64,000 nucleotides of DNA from Zygnema circumcarinatum SAG 698-1b (Eukaryota > Plantae > Zygnematophyceae). This document shows positions 43,001 through 54,980 of this stretch, one piece after another. A program made the position numbers and the translations under genes. The first letter of the stretch is position 1. Every line of letters begins with the position of its first letter. The notes beneath the pieces were generated by a model. That model saw only the letters and a program-made list of their open reading frames with translations, was not told where the DNA came from and ran no database searches. The stretch spans positions 3,072,880 through 3,136,879 of the forward strand of contig CM074810.1 in NCBI GenBank assembly GCA_037447605.1, given 5' to 3'.

Positions 43001-43433
43001 CTTCACTCCCTCAACCTCTTTCTCCCTACCTCCATCCCTTCCTCCCCTTTTTCCCTCCTTTCTCTCCCTCTTTAGTTAATCCTCTTTGCCTCCCTCCCTT
43101 ATTCTATCCTTTTCCCCCTAATTACCCCCCTCCCGCCTCCCGCCCAAATTCCTCCCTCAGTACCCTTCCTCCCTCTCCCTCCCTCCCTCCCTCCCTCCCT
43201 CTAACCCTCTCCGTGTCCCCCCGCAGCTCGCCTCCCTCACTCCCAACGAGAGTCTTGTCCTCCGTCAGCGCTTTGGCCTCGACGGCGGCGGCCCCCGCAC
43301 GCTTGCCGCCGTGAGCGCAGTGGTCCACGTGTCGCGTGAGATGTGCCGCAAGTACGAGGCGCGCGGCCTCCTCAAACTCAAGCAGGCGGCGAGGACCGAC
43401 TTCCTGCGGGCATACGCGCACACCGAGGAGTGA
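40041..43433 (+). CDS. SIG5: Nuclear-encoded plastid RNA polymerase sigma-70 factor, SIG5-like; exons 40041-41480, 41594-41740, 41973-42209, 42358-42615, 43227-43433
   Basis: LGREPT..EWA, AAKNKLLQ/HNIGLV, EKWEPERGFKLSTY, LGRAPTLEEVAE, and region 4 RQRFGLDG..RTL..VSREMCRKYE..LLKLKQAARTDFLRAY. The tail resembles SIG5 (SREMVRKHE..KLK..ARVDYLR.Y). All introns are phase 0 GT-AG. The subfamily call is less certain than the sigma-70 call. Confidence 0.85.
41805..41915. repeat. 10-bp tandem repeat (TTGAATTGYG)n in a sigma factor intron
   Basis: About 9-10 visible copies. Confidence 0.92.
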
Positions 43434-43984
43434 TAGGGGAGGGAGCGGAATAGGGGGTGTGAATAGGGGCGAGAGAGAGGGAGAGAGGGAGGAGAGTGGG
43501 GGAGGAGATGCCGTCAAACGGTGGCAGGGTTGGGAGGTGTACATGAGATGGGACACGCAAGCAGTGTGTCAGAAGCCGATGTTGTTGATATTTAGGGTTT
43601 GTGGAGTGTATTTAGTCTTCTTAGGGGGTATGTGCAGAGAGTAGTCATCACGTGTGTTGGTCTGTGTGTGGTTTTTCACCTTTTATGCGCTTGTTAGGGA
43701 GGCAGCGTAGAGGCATGTACAGCTCGCTGCGGGATGAAGTTAAACAGTTTGATTTGTATACGTCTCGACCCAGTTCGTGGAATTTGTTGAGGTTTACTCT
43801 GCCAATGAATTCTGTTGCAAACTGTTGTGTTCTCATCAGCTTGTTGCAGTGACATTTCCGACTCGTTGAATGCCCACACGCGAGACTCCCCAAAAGGAGG
43901 AAAACAAAATAAAATCAGTGGTAGAAAAGGGGATCAAATAGCCACCTGCAAAGGGGGAGGGTTTTGATGGGGTCGACTATGGAT

Positions 43985-44450
43985 GGCGTCGTTGGCTCTA
44001 TGAAGCACAACCCTGCACAAGTCCGACCAACCATTGGATGAACCATTGAAACGGCTACCAAGCATTGGTTCGCGACCCAGCCAAACTATTGCCAACAGGT
44101 CTAACCATTGCACAGGTGGGACCATTCGATTGGCAACCATTGGATGGTGACAGATGAACGGCCAATGGTTCGCAACCATTGCGAACAACCGGCAATGGTT
44201 ACTACCAATTGGCAATGGTTGGCAACCAGTGGATTGCCAGTGGTGCTTTCAACTATTGGATTTTCAATGGTGCTACCAACCATTCGATTGCCTATGGTGC
44301 TTCCAACCATTGAATTGTCAATAGTGCTTCCAACCATTGGATTGCCAATGGTGCTTCCAACCATTGGAATTTTTGCCAACCATTGGATTCATCATTGGAT
44401 GCGTCCAATGGTTACCAACCATTGGCTGCCAATGGTTGGCAATCAATGAG
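43985..44450. repeat. Dispersed CCAATGG/CCATTGG-rich repeat family, copy 2, with internal ~30-bp tandem units
   Basis: Repeated TTGCCAATGGTGCTTCCAACCATTGG-like units; homologous to 6560-6860 and 57710-57841. Confidence 0.8.
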
Positions 44451-44582
44451 TTTTGGGTCTGGTGACTCTGCTCGGACGCGCCCTTCAGGAAAGATGGAGG
44501 TCCCGAGTTCAAGTTTTGAGCGCGTGTTACTTTGGCTTCTCTGCTGAAGGGTTTGGGGGGTTGTAGGGCTCCTCGCGTTTCC

Positions 44583-44617
<35 letters not shown>

Positions 44618-44861
44618 AGAGTGCTGTACACGGTAGCTTGCAGGAAATTGCTGATCAGCGGATGAGTTTGGTTTAGGGTTCCCAGCTAAGAAGTGCATGG
44701 GGAAGATCTGCGCATTTTAGGGTCTCTCTCCTCTCCCCCTCCCTCCCTCCCTCCCCTCTCTCTCTTTCCTCTCTTGTCGTCCCTCCCTCCCTCTCCCTCT
44801 CTTTCTCTCACACTCTCTCTCTCTCTCTCTTCCTGCTTCAAGGCCGCTGCAGGCTGTCGCC

Positions 44862-47831
44862 ATGACAGTGTTTCACTTTGTCAACTGTGCTGCGCTCGCA
44901 TTCGGACCACATTTGGTGTATTACAAAGCCACTCCTTTGTGAGTCTTTCAAGATTCTTTTTGTCCGTATATAAAACCAGATGTTTCACCAGCATAATCAG
45001 ACATAAATTTCACGGATTTAATCGTGACATGTTCTGATTATGGCTCGGAAATAAATAAGTATCTTCGTATACGAATTCTGCCTGCATTGGATCAGGTCCT
45101 TCGGAATGGTTTGCAATTTCCGCGGGTGGATTCAGGATCCAGCTATTGATAAAGAGTAGCGTTCTTGTCTCTTTCTAATAAAATGTACCATTAGGGTGAA
45201 GAATTACAATGAGGAGGGAACACGTGTACTTTTGCATGTTGTTTTAAATCCGATGATCCGAGCGCTATCGCATTTAGAGCATGCGCACTTGTAAGCTTCC
45301 GAGAGTTGGTCAATAGCTGGTCAAGAGTTGGTCAAGAGTTGGTCAAGATGTGGTGGTTGTCTCCTTCTTCTTATGACACACACTCTCTCTGTGAGCTGCT
45401 TTGCAATGCACCGCAGAGTGCTAGCATGGTTCCCTCTGCATACCCTGCTGTATTACATGTAAGAATTTGCATTTTTTGCAGGAAAGAAACAGCGTTTGCA
45501 CTCCGTTATCAATTCTTAGAAGCCTTCAGAATTTAAAGAAATGGAGGGACTGAGGGTGTTGGGAAGTACAGAGCTGAGTACGGAACGTTCTACGCTTCCG
45601 CCCGTGCCGCCGTTGTGTACGGCTTCACCTTGTTGATCAAGGCAAGCACCTCATCCACTTGCAGATCGTCATGCTATAGCTCCCTTCCTATTTTATAAGG
45701 AAATCTACTATTGAGATCTCTCTATCAGAATGTCTCTGCTTGTTCCCTGATTGTTTCCATACATGCTTCTTAGGCCTCAGAAACCATTCATGAAGTATGA
45801 AAGTTGTTACCTGATAATCTGCTATTGCACTAGAAGCTCTTCTGAAGTGATGAAGTTCAGGGAGGCTGCAGCTCATCCTGTGGGCAACTCTTCTTCGAGA
45901 TTCTGGAGAGGAGGGAGTGGATGAAGTGGGCTCTTTTGATCCCTACCAGGTGCCTATTCAGAACCCCTTTAGGGCACTCTCATAAAGCGATAGCACTTTG
46001 AAGTACGTACGTGAAACATCAAATTTACTACTAAGACAGGCAGAAGAAATCGCAAGCATTTGAATTCATGCATTGGATAGACTGCTGGAGTTAGTCAGGT
46101 GCTGTTTCCATAGTTATTTCGACCCGTGTGACTTCAGAAGTCAGCCAAAAGTAAATCCCTTCGATCTCAATATCGATCTAAAGTTCATCATAGGGAAATG
46201 TTTCTGACATTTTTGCAATGTTCACGCACGGGAGAGCAGGAGCTTTTGAAGGCAGTTATCGGATTGGCGGATATCGCGGGGCTTTACTATGCACTCACGC
46301 AAGTCTCTTACCGCAACATCTCATATAATCACAAGTTTCAGGCAGTCGGCTTGGGTGAGTTGGCTATTTTTTGAGGAATGACTGGAAAAAAATATATACA
46401 AGGAACTGTATGCCTAAGATTTTACTTCGAGTGCAGAAAGGGCTTCAAGTGAAGTAATCTGCATAAAGTATTCTGACATGAACGATTCTTTCGAATTTTG
46501 GACACTTTCGGTATCCCAAACATTCAACTATGCCTGAATCTCAAGCCTCTGATCTGAGCTTAACCCTAACCCTAAATTTAACTCAACCCAAACCAAATAC
46601 TCAACCTTTAACCTAAAACCTTAATTTAATCTGTAATCGAGAGGGAGGACCAGTGGAACCCTGCCTTCCCTCTCCCTACATGTAAAGATATAGTGGCATT
46701 CATCATACTTCACATGAACTTGAAGCTACGATTCGTCCCCTTCCTGTCCTCTTCTCAAATTTAGTTGTAAGCAGCACCTAACAGTGGGTGACTCCCTCCC
46801 TCCCTCCCTCCCTCCCTCCCTCCCTCCCTCCCTCTCTCCCTCCCGGTACGAGCAGGATGGGCTTTGGCGGACTCCTTAGTACAAAAGCTTTTGCCTCTTT
46901 GGGTGGGCGCTCGTGGTTTGGAGTTCACATGGGAGTATGTGCTGCAGGCTATCGAATCAAACGCAACCCTAGTAAGAAATTCAGTTTCTTTTTGTATTTT
47001 TCTGCTTTTTAAGTTTCTTGGAATGTTCATATCGAGAAGGGCAGGAGAGGACGCTAACATGTTTCCATTTCAGGTGGGAAGTGCCAATTCTTTGCAGTTT
47101 TTTTTTTTTTCTCTTTCTATGGAATCTGACAAGATGGGGTTCCATGTGGGAATCTTGCAGATCCTGACTATCTCCCTGGCGGCTTTGGGCTCCCTCATAT
47201 GGCTGCGGAAGAGTAAGCCGGCAGCCCTTGTTCCCTTCATTTACACCACGGCAGGAATTGTGGCCTCCATGCCATTCTTTACCAGGTGAGAGAGAGGAAT
47301 TCCCCGCCCCCCTCTCTTTCTCGTTCCCTTTCTCTCTTTCTCACTCTCTGTCTCTCTCACTCTGCACCCCCTCCTCACTCCTTCCTTTTTGTTCCTCTCT
47401 CTCGCTCTCTCTTACACGCACACAATTTCCCTCCGTCACTGTCCCTCTCACTCTACCAACCCCCCCTCCTCCCCACTCCTTCCTCGTTGTGCCTCTCTCT
47501 CACTCTCTCTCTCCTGCGCACACGTTCTCCCTCCCTCTCTCTCCTCTCCCTATTTCTTTCGCCCCCCCACCCCCCCCCCACCCCCACCCCACCTCCCTGC
47601 CCTCCCTTCCACTTTGTTCCTCTCTCTCTTGCCCTCTCTCTCTCCCCCACATTCACACCATCCTCTATCCTCCCTTGCTTGCCTTCTCTTCCACTATTCT
47701 ATTGCAGTTATGTCCGGAAGGGGCTCGCTTGGGACCTCCCCAAAGTGGTGGGTTTCGAACTTTCAGCCGCATCGGCTAGTGCCTTTGTCACGTGGCGACT
47801 TTTTGTGGCGTGTCAGCGCTGGGCATCGTAG
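44862..47831 (+). CDS. TMEM147: Transmembrane protein 147 homologue; exons 44862-44938, 45572-45641, 45872-45949, 46240-46354, 46856-46971, 47161-47285, 47708-47831
   Basis: MTVFHFVNCAALAFGPHLVYYKATPL, FDPYQ/ELLKAVIG, NHKFQAVGLG/WALADS..LPLWVGARGLEFTWEY, ISLAALGSLIWLRK and PKVVGFEL match plant TMEM147. Intron 2 is GC-AG. Confidence 0.95.
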
Positions 47832-50047
47832 CACACTCTTCATGTCCTTCCATGCGTACAATGTCATTGCACAAAACGTTGTATCAGATTAGGGTTTGTA
47901 GGGCTTTTAGGTTAAGTCCGATGGGATCAACCGACATATACCATAAGGAAAGCTTAGGTTGTTTACATATGTGGTTTTGCGCTCATGGAGTATTCGCTGC
48001 TGTTGTTGAACAATGGCACCTTTTCTTGATGGCTAGTTTCATGCCTCGCCGTCGGGATGGCTGATGTGGCACTAGGCGAGAGAGAGAAAGCATGCATGGC
48101 AGTGCAGCACAACAACAACACCTCTAGACACGCAAACATGGGCGGGCATGAGAACAATATGGCGCCCAACATTTTGCTGGACTCAATATCAAAGATATCG
48201 CACAGACTCGATAAATTTTGGCCTAAGGGTGGGTTTCCATCAGCCCGTTATTCCGACGTGGCGTCGTAATGGACGACGACCCATGGGTTCCATGAGGCCG
48301 TTTCCGCCAACGTGGCGCCGACGTGGCTGCCACGTGGTAACGAGCACCGTTCCACAGGATGCTGCTCCGGAGGTGGTGTAACGCCATTACGACCATTCGC
48401 GTGCCGCCACGTGGCTACCAAAGATCCGCCAGCGTGCGACTGCCACGTTGGCTGGAAGCCGTCAACGCTCGGTGACCACCGGTCGTGGTCCCAGGTCGCT
48501 TCAGCGCCGAGGAAGCTTCCCAAGGTGCAGCCATGGCTGCCGACTTATCTGAAAAACCACGAGGAGAAGCCCGAGTGCCTGCGAACGGACAACGGGCGTT
48601 CCATGAGCCAGTCAGCCAAACGGACAACGGGCGTTCCATGAGCCAGTCAGCCAAACGACGTAGAAGCTCGTTGCAAGAGGGAGGGCTGCGGAGTTAAGCT
48701 CCGGTGCTTAACCCTAAAACAGACAGGGGATGAGCACCGAGGGGCCTCTCTTCCCATTCTCGCCTTAGGATTAGGGTTTGGAGACGGCTCTGGAGCATGC
48801 CGGGAGAGGGGGGGNNNNNNNNNNCCTCCCTGCCCTCCCTTCCACTTTGTTCCTCTCTCTCTTGCCCTCTCTCTCTCCCCCACATTCACACCATCCTCTA
48901 TCCTCCCTTGCTTGCCTTCTCTTCCACTATTCTATTGCAGTTATGTCCGGAAGGGGCTCGCTTGGGACCTCCCCAAAGTGGTGGGTTTCGAACTTTCAGC
49001 CGCATCGGCTAGTGCCTTTGTCACGTGGCGACTTTTTGTGGCGTGTCAGCGCTGGGCATCGTAGCACACTCTTCATGTCCTTCCATGCGTACAATGTCAT
49101 TGCACAAAACGTTGTATCAGATTAGGGTTTGTAGGGCTTTTAGGTTAAGTCCGATGGGATCAACCGACATATACCATAAGGAAAGCTTAGGTTGTTTACA
49201 TATGTGGTTTTGCGCTCATGGAGTATTCGCTGCTGTTGTTGAACAATGGCACCTTTTCTTGATGGCTAGTTTCATGCCTCGCCGTCGGGATGGCTGATGT
49301 GGCACTAGGCGAGAGAGAGAAAGCATGCATGGCAGTGCAGCACAACAACAACACCTCTAGACACGCAAACATGGGCGGGCATGAGAACAATATGGCGCCC
49401 AACATTTTGCTGGACTCAATATCAAAGATATCGCACAGACTCGATAAATTTTGGCCTAAGGGTGGGTTTCCATCAGCCCGTTATTCCGACGTGGCGTCGT
49501 AATGGACGACGACCCATGGGTTCCATGAGGCCGTTTCCGCCAACGTGGCGCCGACGTGGCTGCCACGTGGTAACGAGCACCGTTCCACAGGATGCTGCTC
49601 CGGAGGTGGTGTAACGCCATTACGACCATTCGCGTGCCGCCACGTGGCTACCAAAGATCCGCCAGCGTGCGACTGCCACGTTGGCTGGAAGCCGTCAACG
49701 CTCGGTGACCACCGGTCGTGGTCCCAGGTCGCTTCAGCGCCGAGGAAGCTTCCCAAGGTGCAGCCATGGCTGCCGACTTATCTGAAAAACCACGAGGAGA
49801 AGCCCGAGTGCCTGCGAACGGACAACGGGCGTTCCATGAGCCAGTCAGCCAAACGGACAACGGGCGTTCCATGAGCCAGTCAGCCAAACGACGTAGAAGC
49901 TCGTTGCAAGAGGGAGGGCTGCGGAGTTAAGCTCCGGTGCTTAACCCTAAAACAGACAGGGGATGAGCACCGAGGGGCCTCTCTTCCCATTCTCGCCTTA
50001 GGATTAGGGTTTGGAGACGGCTCTGGAGCATGCCGGGAGAGGGGGGG
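47592..50047. repeat. Apparently identical 1,233-bp-offset tandem duplication across a 10-N gap (47592-48814 = 48825-50047); probable assembly artefact
   Basis: The ORF track repeats exactly with a 1,233 offset, and the copies abut the N gap. Confidence 0.9.
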
Positions 50048-50678
50048 GCTCTCCCTTTACTTCTCGCACCGATGGAGATTTTCTATTAAAGGGAGGAGGG
50101 AGATCGCACTCTGTGGTGAAGGTCTAATGGTTGTGTCGCCGCTCCTCCGCGCTTTAGAAGCAATTGATTAGGATTGTAATTATTATTATTCTTTTTGTTT
50201 AATTAATTTGAGTACGTGATTGGCAAATTTTCACTGTCAGATTTTTGCTTTCATTCTCATTCTTTTCATTTTTTTATGCTTGCATTTTGGAGAAGGAAAA
50301 AAACGAAAAGAGAGACGTATGTTGTCACATGTCCTTTCCACAACTTCCACCACAACAATAATATTTAATTCTCTTGAATTGCGAGGCAAACGCCGCGAAT
50401 GGCGTTGCTGCGAAAGGCAGGGAAGGAGGGAAGAGAAGGGAGGGGAAGTGGCGGCTGTAATGGCGGCGGCCGTCGCCTCCTGCAAACCCTAAAAAACTGT
50501 CCGCGGCGACGCGCGGACGGTAACCGCTGTGGGCCACGGCGCACGCTTCAAATTGTGCACGTGGCGATCGCTGATTGGAAAACGGCATTTTGATGGAACT
50601 CGTCATTTTATCTGCAAAACGGCGTCCCACGTGGACCGTAACGAGCTTGTTACGAAACGGGCTGATGGAAACCCACCC
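49460..50678. mobile_element. Non-autonomous PIF/Harbinger-like element, 1,219 bp
   Basis: 23-bp TIRs GGGTGGGTTTCCATCAGCCCGTT / AACGGGCTGATGGAAACCCACCC flanked by TAA on both sides (49457-49459, 50679-50681). The left half is repeated at 48227-48814 by the duplication. Confidence 0.88.
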
Positions 50679-51036
50679 TAAATCCTCGCGCACGGGGCAA
50701 TCGCACCGGTACGCGTGGCCTATCTAACGATCCAGCCAGAACCGACCGCTTACCGATACGATATATTAACGATATACGCGATACGATACTGTCAGCCCCG
50801 TAACGCCTAATACAGTACAGTACAGCAAGTACGAATAGTACGGCTAGTACGGATGTTAACGTACAAAAAAGTGGCTTCGGCAAAATCAGGGCGAATTTCC
50901 TGGGAACGCACTTAAGTGGGTGGAAAATAATATGAGGACCCCCTAGTGTACCACAAAAAGTACGCCCCGAAATTTTACAGTGTCGTTTTTATAGCTCCGT
51001 ATGTATCAAACGCGTGTATTAATACACTGTATAATA

Positions 51037-51073
<37 letters not shown>

Positions 51074-51083
51074 NNNNNNNNNN

Positions 51084-51123
<40 letters not shown>

Positions 51124-51188
51124 ACATGCGTATTATACAACATTTAAAAATACAGTGTATTTTTAATGTATTTAACGTATTTTTTTTA

Positions 51189-52832
51189 GGAGAACTATAT
51201 ACCGCCCCCCTTTTTTGGTTATCCCGCCACTGTTTTTTTGAAATCCGACCCTCCCATTTCGGCTATTCTGCCCCCCTCCCCCATTTTGGATATTTCGGGA
51301 GGAGATCGCCCCCCTGTTTTGAATATTTCTTTCCCGCCCCTCCCGTCCTCTACCCTCCCTCCCCTGCTCCACCCCTCCCCTCCCCTGCCCACCCCTCCCT
51401 CCCTCCCTCCCCTCCCCTCCCTCCCTCCCTCCCTCCCTCCCCCTCCCTGCCACCCTCCCTCCTCTCCCCTGCCCACCTCCCTCCTCCTCCCTCCCTCCCC
51501 TTCCCTCCCCTCCCCTCCCTCCCCTCCCTTCCTCCCCTCCCTCCTGCCCACCCCTCCCTCCTCTCCCCTGCCACCCTCCCTCCCTCCCTCCCTCCCTCCC
51601 TCCTCCCCTCCCCTCCCCTCCCCTCCCTCCCTCCCTCCCTCCTCCCTTCCCTCCCCTCCCCTCCCCTCCCTCCTCTCCCCTGCCCACCCCTCCCTCCCTC
51701 CCTCCCCCTCCCCTGCCCACCCCTCCTCCTCTCCCCTGCCCACCCCTCCCTCCCTCCCTTCCTCCCCTCCCTCCCCTCCCCTGCCCACCCCCTCCCCTCC
51801 CTCCCTTCCTCCCTCCTCTCCCCTGCCCACCCCTCCCCTCCCCTCCCCTCCCCTCCCCTGCCCACCCCTCCCTCCCCTCCCTTCCCTCCCTCCTCTCCCC
51901 TGCCCACCCCTCCCCTCCCCTCCCCTCCCCTTCCCCTCCCTTCCCTCCCTCCCCTCCCCTGCCCACCTCCCTCCCCTCCCCTTCCCTCCCTCCCCTGCTC
52001 CACCCTCCCTCCCCTGCCCACCCCTCCCTCCCTCCTTCCTCCCTCCCTCCTCCCCTGCCCACCCCTCCTCCCTCCCTCCTCCCTCCCCTGCCCACCTCTC
52101 CCTTCCCTTCTTCCCACCCCTCCTTCCTTCTTCCTCTCGGTTTGCAATCTCCACACAAATGACTGAGTATAAGACTCGCGATGAGCTTGTACAAGTCTTG
52201 ACCAAGCACTACAAGCAGGAACGATTTCACATCAAGATCGGCAAGCATAGCGATAGCCGCCGACTCTACCTGCAATGCTATAGCGGGGGGACCTACGAGG
52301 ACAGAGGTTTGGAAGAGAGTAGTACGAAGAGGAATACTTCCAGCCGCTTGAAAAATTGCCCTTTCGAGATCAGGGCGACGTTTTCCAAGAAGAAGGACAC
52401 GTGGGTTGTAAAATCTGTCGTTGAAGAGCACAACCACGTCATTTCCACTGGGTATGCTGAGAAAAGGCGCTTAGATATTCACGAGAAGGAATGTGTTCGC
52501 TTGCTCGTGTGCTTGCTTGCTCTCTCTCTCTTCTCGCTCTCTTTTTCTCACTCTCTCTCTCCTCTGCTCTCTCTCTCTCCTCTAGTCTTTCTCTCCTCTA
52601 CTCTCTCTCCTCTGCTCATTCTCTCTCCCTCCTTTGCTCTCTCCTGTGCTCTCTCCTCTGCTCATTCTCTCTCTCCTTTGCTCTCTCCTCTAGTCTCTCT
52701 CTCCTCTACCCTCACTCCTATGCTCTTTCTCTCTCCGCTATACTCTCTCCCCTCGGCTCTCGCTCCTTTGCTCTCTCTCTCTCTCTCTTCTCTCTCCTCT
52801 GCTCTCACTCTGCTCTCTCTCTCTCTCTTTCA

Positions 52833-52874
<42 letters not shown>

Positions 52875-53143
52875 TCTACTCTCTCTCCTTTGCTCTCTCT
52901 TGTGCTCTCTACTCTAGTCTCTCTCTCCTTTGCTCTCACACCTCTGCTCACTCTCTTTCTCTCCTTTGCTCTCTCTCTCGAACGTTGCGCTGATGTGTGA
53001 GAAGGAGAAAACGGGGGGGAATATCCAAAATGGGGGGGGGGCGGGATATTTCAAAACAGGGGGCAGAATAGCCGAAATGGGAGCGTCGGATTTAAAAAAA
53101 ACAGTGGCGGGATAACCAAAAAGGGGGCGGTATATAGTTCTCC
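51189..53143. mobile_element. Truncated Mutator-like element (MULE) with ~90-130-bp TIRs
   Basis: The left end GGAGAACTATATACCGCCCCC..TTGGTTATCCCGCCACTG..AAATCCGAC.CTCCCATTTCGGCTATTCTGCCCCC is mirrored at about 53050-53143. A transposase fragment lies inside. No clear 9-bp TSD (left flank is poly-T). Confidence 0.85.
52159..52505 (+). pseudogene. FAR1/MULE transposase N-terminal DNA-binding domain fragment
   Basis: [41 protein letters not shown] (C...C...HxH FAR1-type zinc-ribbon). The sequence then degenerates into a CT tract; no DDE domain. Confidence 0.8.
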
Positions 53144-54187
53144 TTATAATATTGAAATTCCAGCACTTGCCAAGTCACGTCACTTGCCAAACACTCAACA
53201 CGTGTGACTTGGTCCGTACATGTTGGTACACCAATTCCGTACATAATTTCCGTACGTATCTATGTTCCAATTGTACGGCTGTTAACAGTTGCGTTAAGGT
53301 ATTATACAGTGTATAATACAGTATTAATACTGTATTATACATTGTATCGAACCTCAAAGTGTATAATACGGAGCTATAGTCGTTTTGCACAAATTCTGAA
53401 CGAAGCTTTCAGGATGCGTCATTAGGGGCACGTGGCATCCTGTCATTGGCGTAAACAAGTTTGTTTGTGATGACGTTCGAGTTCGTACACCTCCTGGTAT
53501 GTCGACGAGCTGACGAGGTCGGGGATGCGCCAAAGCTAATCCGAAGCTGTCATCCGAGACCGAACTGGACAGGCTTCCTGTTAAGACAAATCCAATGGGA
53601 GAGCTCCACGTGGTATATCACACACGTGGTAGAATATTCACTTTATTCTTTGATGACGTGGCAGTCTCCAATTAGTAAAAGAAAATCAAGCATATGCTCC
53701 GCGAGATGCGGTCCCAACAAGCCAATCGGATCTCGAGAGCACCTTTTCGGAAACATTCTTGCCCAGGGCAGCTTAAAATTTCTAATTTAAGCGAATCACA
53801 TACCGCCACGTCACCAATAAAGTGCAGAGCAAAATGTTTTAATCTGCCCGAATGAGCCATGCCTGGTCGCCCTCCAGTTCCCGCGTCGCGCTGTGTATGG
53901 CGGCCCCCCGCCACGCCCTACTGCAGTTAGCGCCTCTCTCCCGCCCTCCCTCTCCCTCCTCTCTCTCTTCCACTCCCTCTCTCTCCCTCTCTCCCTCTCC
54001 ATCTCTCTCTCTCTCCCTTTCTCTCCCTCTCCGCCCTTCCCTCTCTCCTCCCACCTTCCGCCGCTGCTCGCGCCTCCTGCTGCAGCAGAAGGGGGCCGCC
54101 CAGCGCGTGCCACCTGTCACACAGCGAGAGAGAGGGAGAGCTCCGCGGGCTCCCGCGTGTGGAGAGGAGAGAAAGAGAGAGGTATCC

Positions 54188-54945
54188 ATGGCGCCGAGTA
54201 GGGTAGAGGGGGAGAGTGCGGCGCTCCTGCGTGACGTGGAGGGCGGAGGGAGTGGCGAGGAGAGGGCCTATGGAACGCTGCCAGCTGGCGAGAGGGAGGT
54301 GCGTCTCGTAGGTGGGGGAGCCTAGAGGGAAGGTGACGTCACAAGTGGAAGTTTTTGGGATTTGGTTTCAGAACTGCACCTTTTATTCCTTTTGAACCTT
54401 TTGTTTATTTCAGAATTCTCTCGTTTCTTCCAAAGCTTTGATTCTGCTCCGCTAGTTTCCCCTCTTTTCCTTCTCTCTCTCTCCCCGCTAGCCCCTCCAC
54501 CTCTCCTTCCACCTCCCTCTCCCTTCGCGCCTTTGTTCTCCTTCTCTCATGCTTTTCTTCTTCGCTCCTACCCTCTCGTTCTCCCTCTCTCCTATCCCTT
54601 CCGTCCTTTTCTCTTCACCAATACCTTCTCCCTCCCTCCCTCCCTCCCTCCCTCCCTCCCNNNNNNNNNNCCCTCCCTCCCTCCCTCCCTCCCTCCGCTG
54701 ATCCCTCCCTCCCTCCCTCTCCCTCCCGCAGCCCCCCTCTCCCTCCCTCCCCCGCCGCCTTGCCCTGCTCCTCTCCCTCCTCGTCGTCTCGCTGCTGGCA
54801 GCGGGCGCCCTCGCCTTGGGCCCGCGGCTTTTGTCGTTTTCCGCGGCGGGCCCCGACCTGTGGCCTGTGCGCTTCCTCAACGTCGGAGATTGGGGCCGAG
54901 GAGGGGCTTATAACCAGAGCCTCATTGCAGACCAGGTAGGCCTAC

Positions 54946-54980
<35 letters not shown>

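Noticed and set aside
47792-49930. Duplicated sets of 70-110 aa ORFs as tandem paralogous genes
   Set aside because: They are non-coding 3' and transposon sequence duplicated exactly across an N gap
51126-52437. 300-560 aa Pro-rich or Gly/Arg/Glu-rich ORFs (extensin/formin-like)
   Set aside because: They derive from a (CCCT)n tract inside the MULE; only 52159-52505 is protein-like
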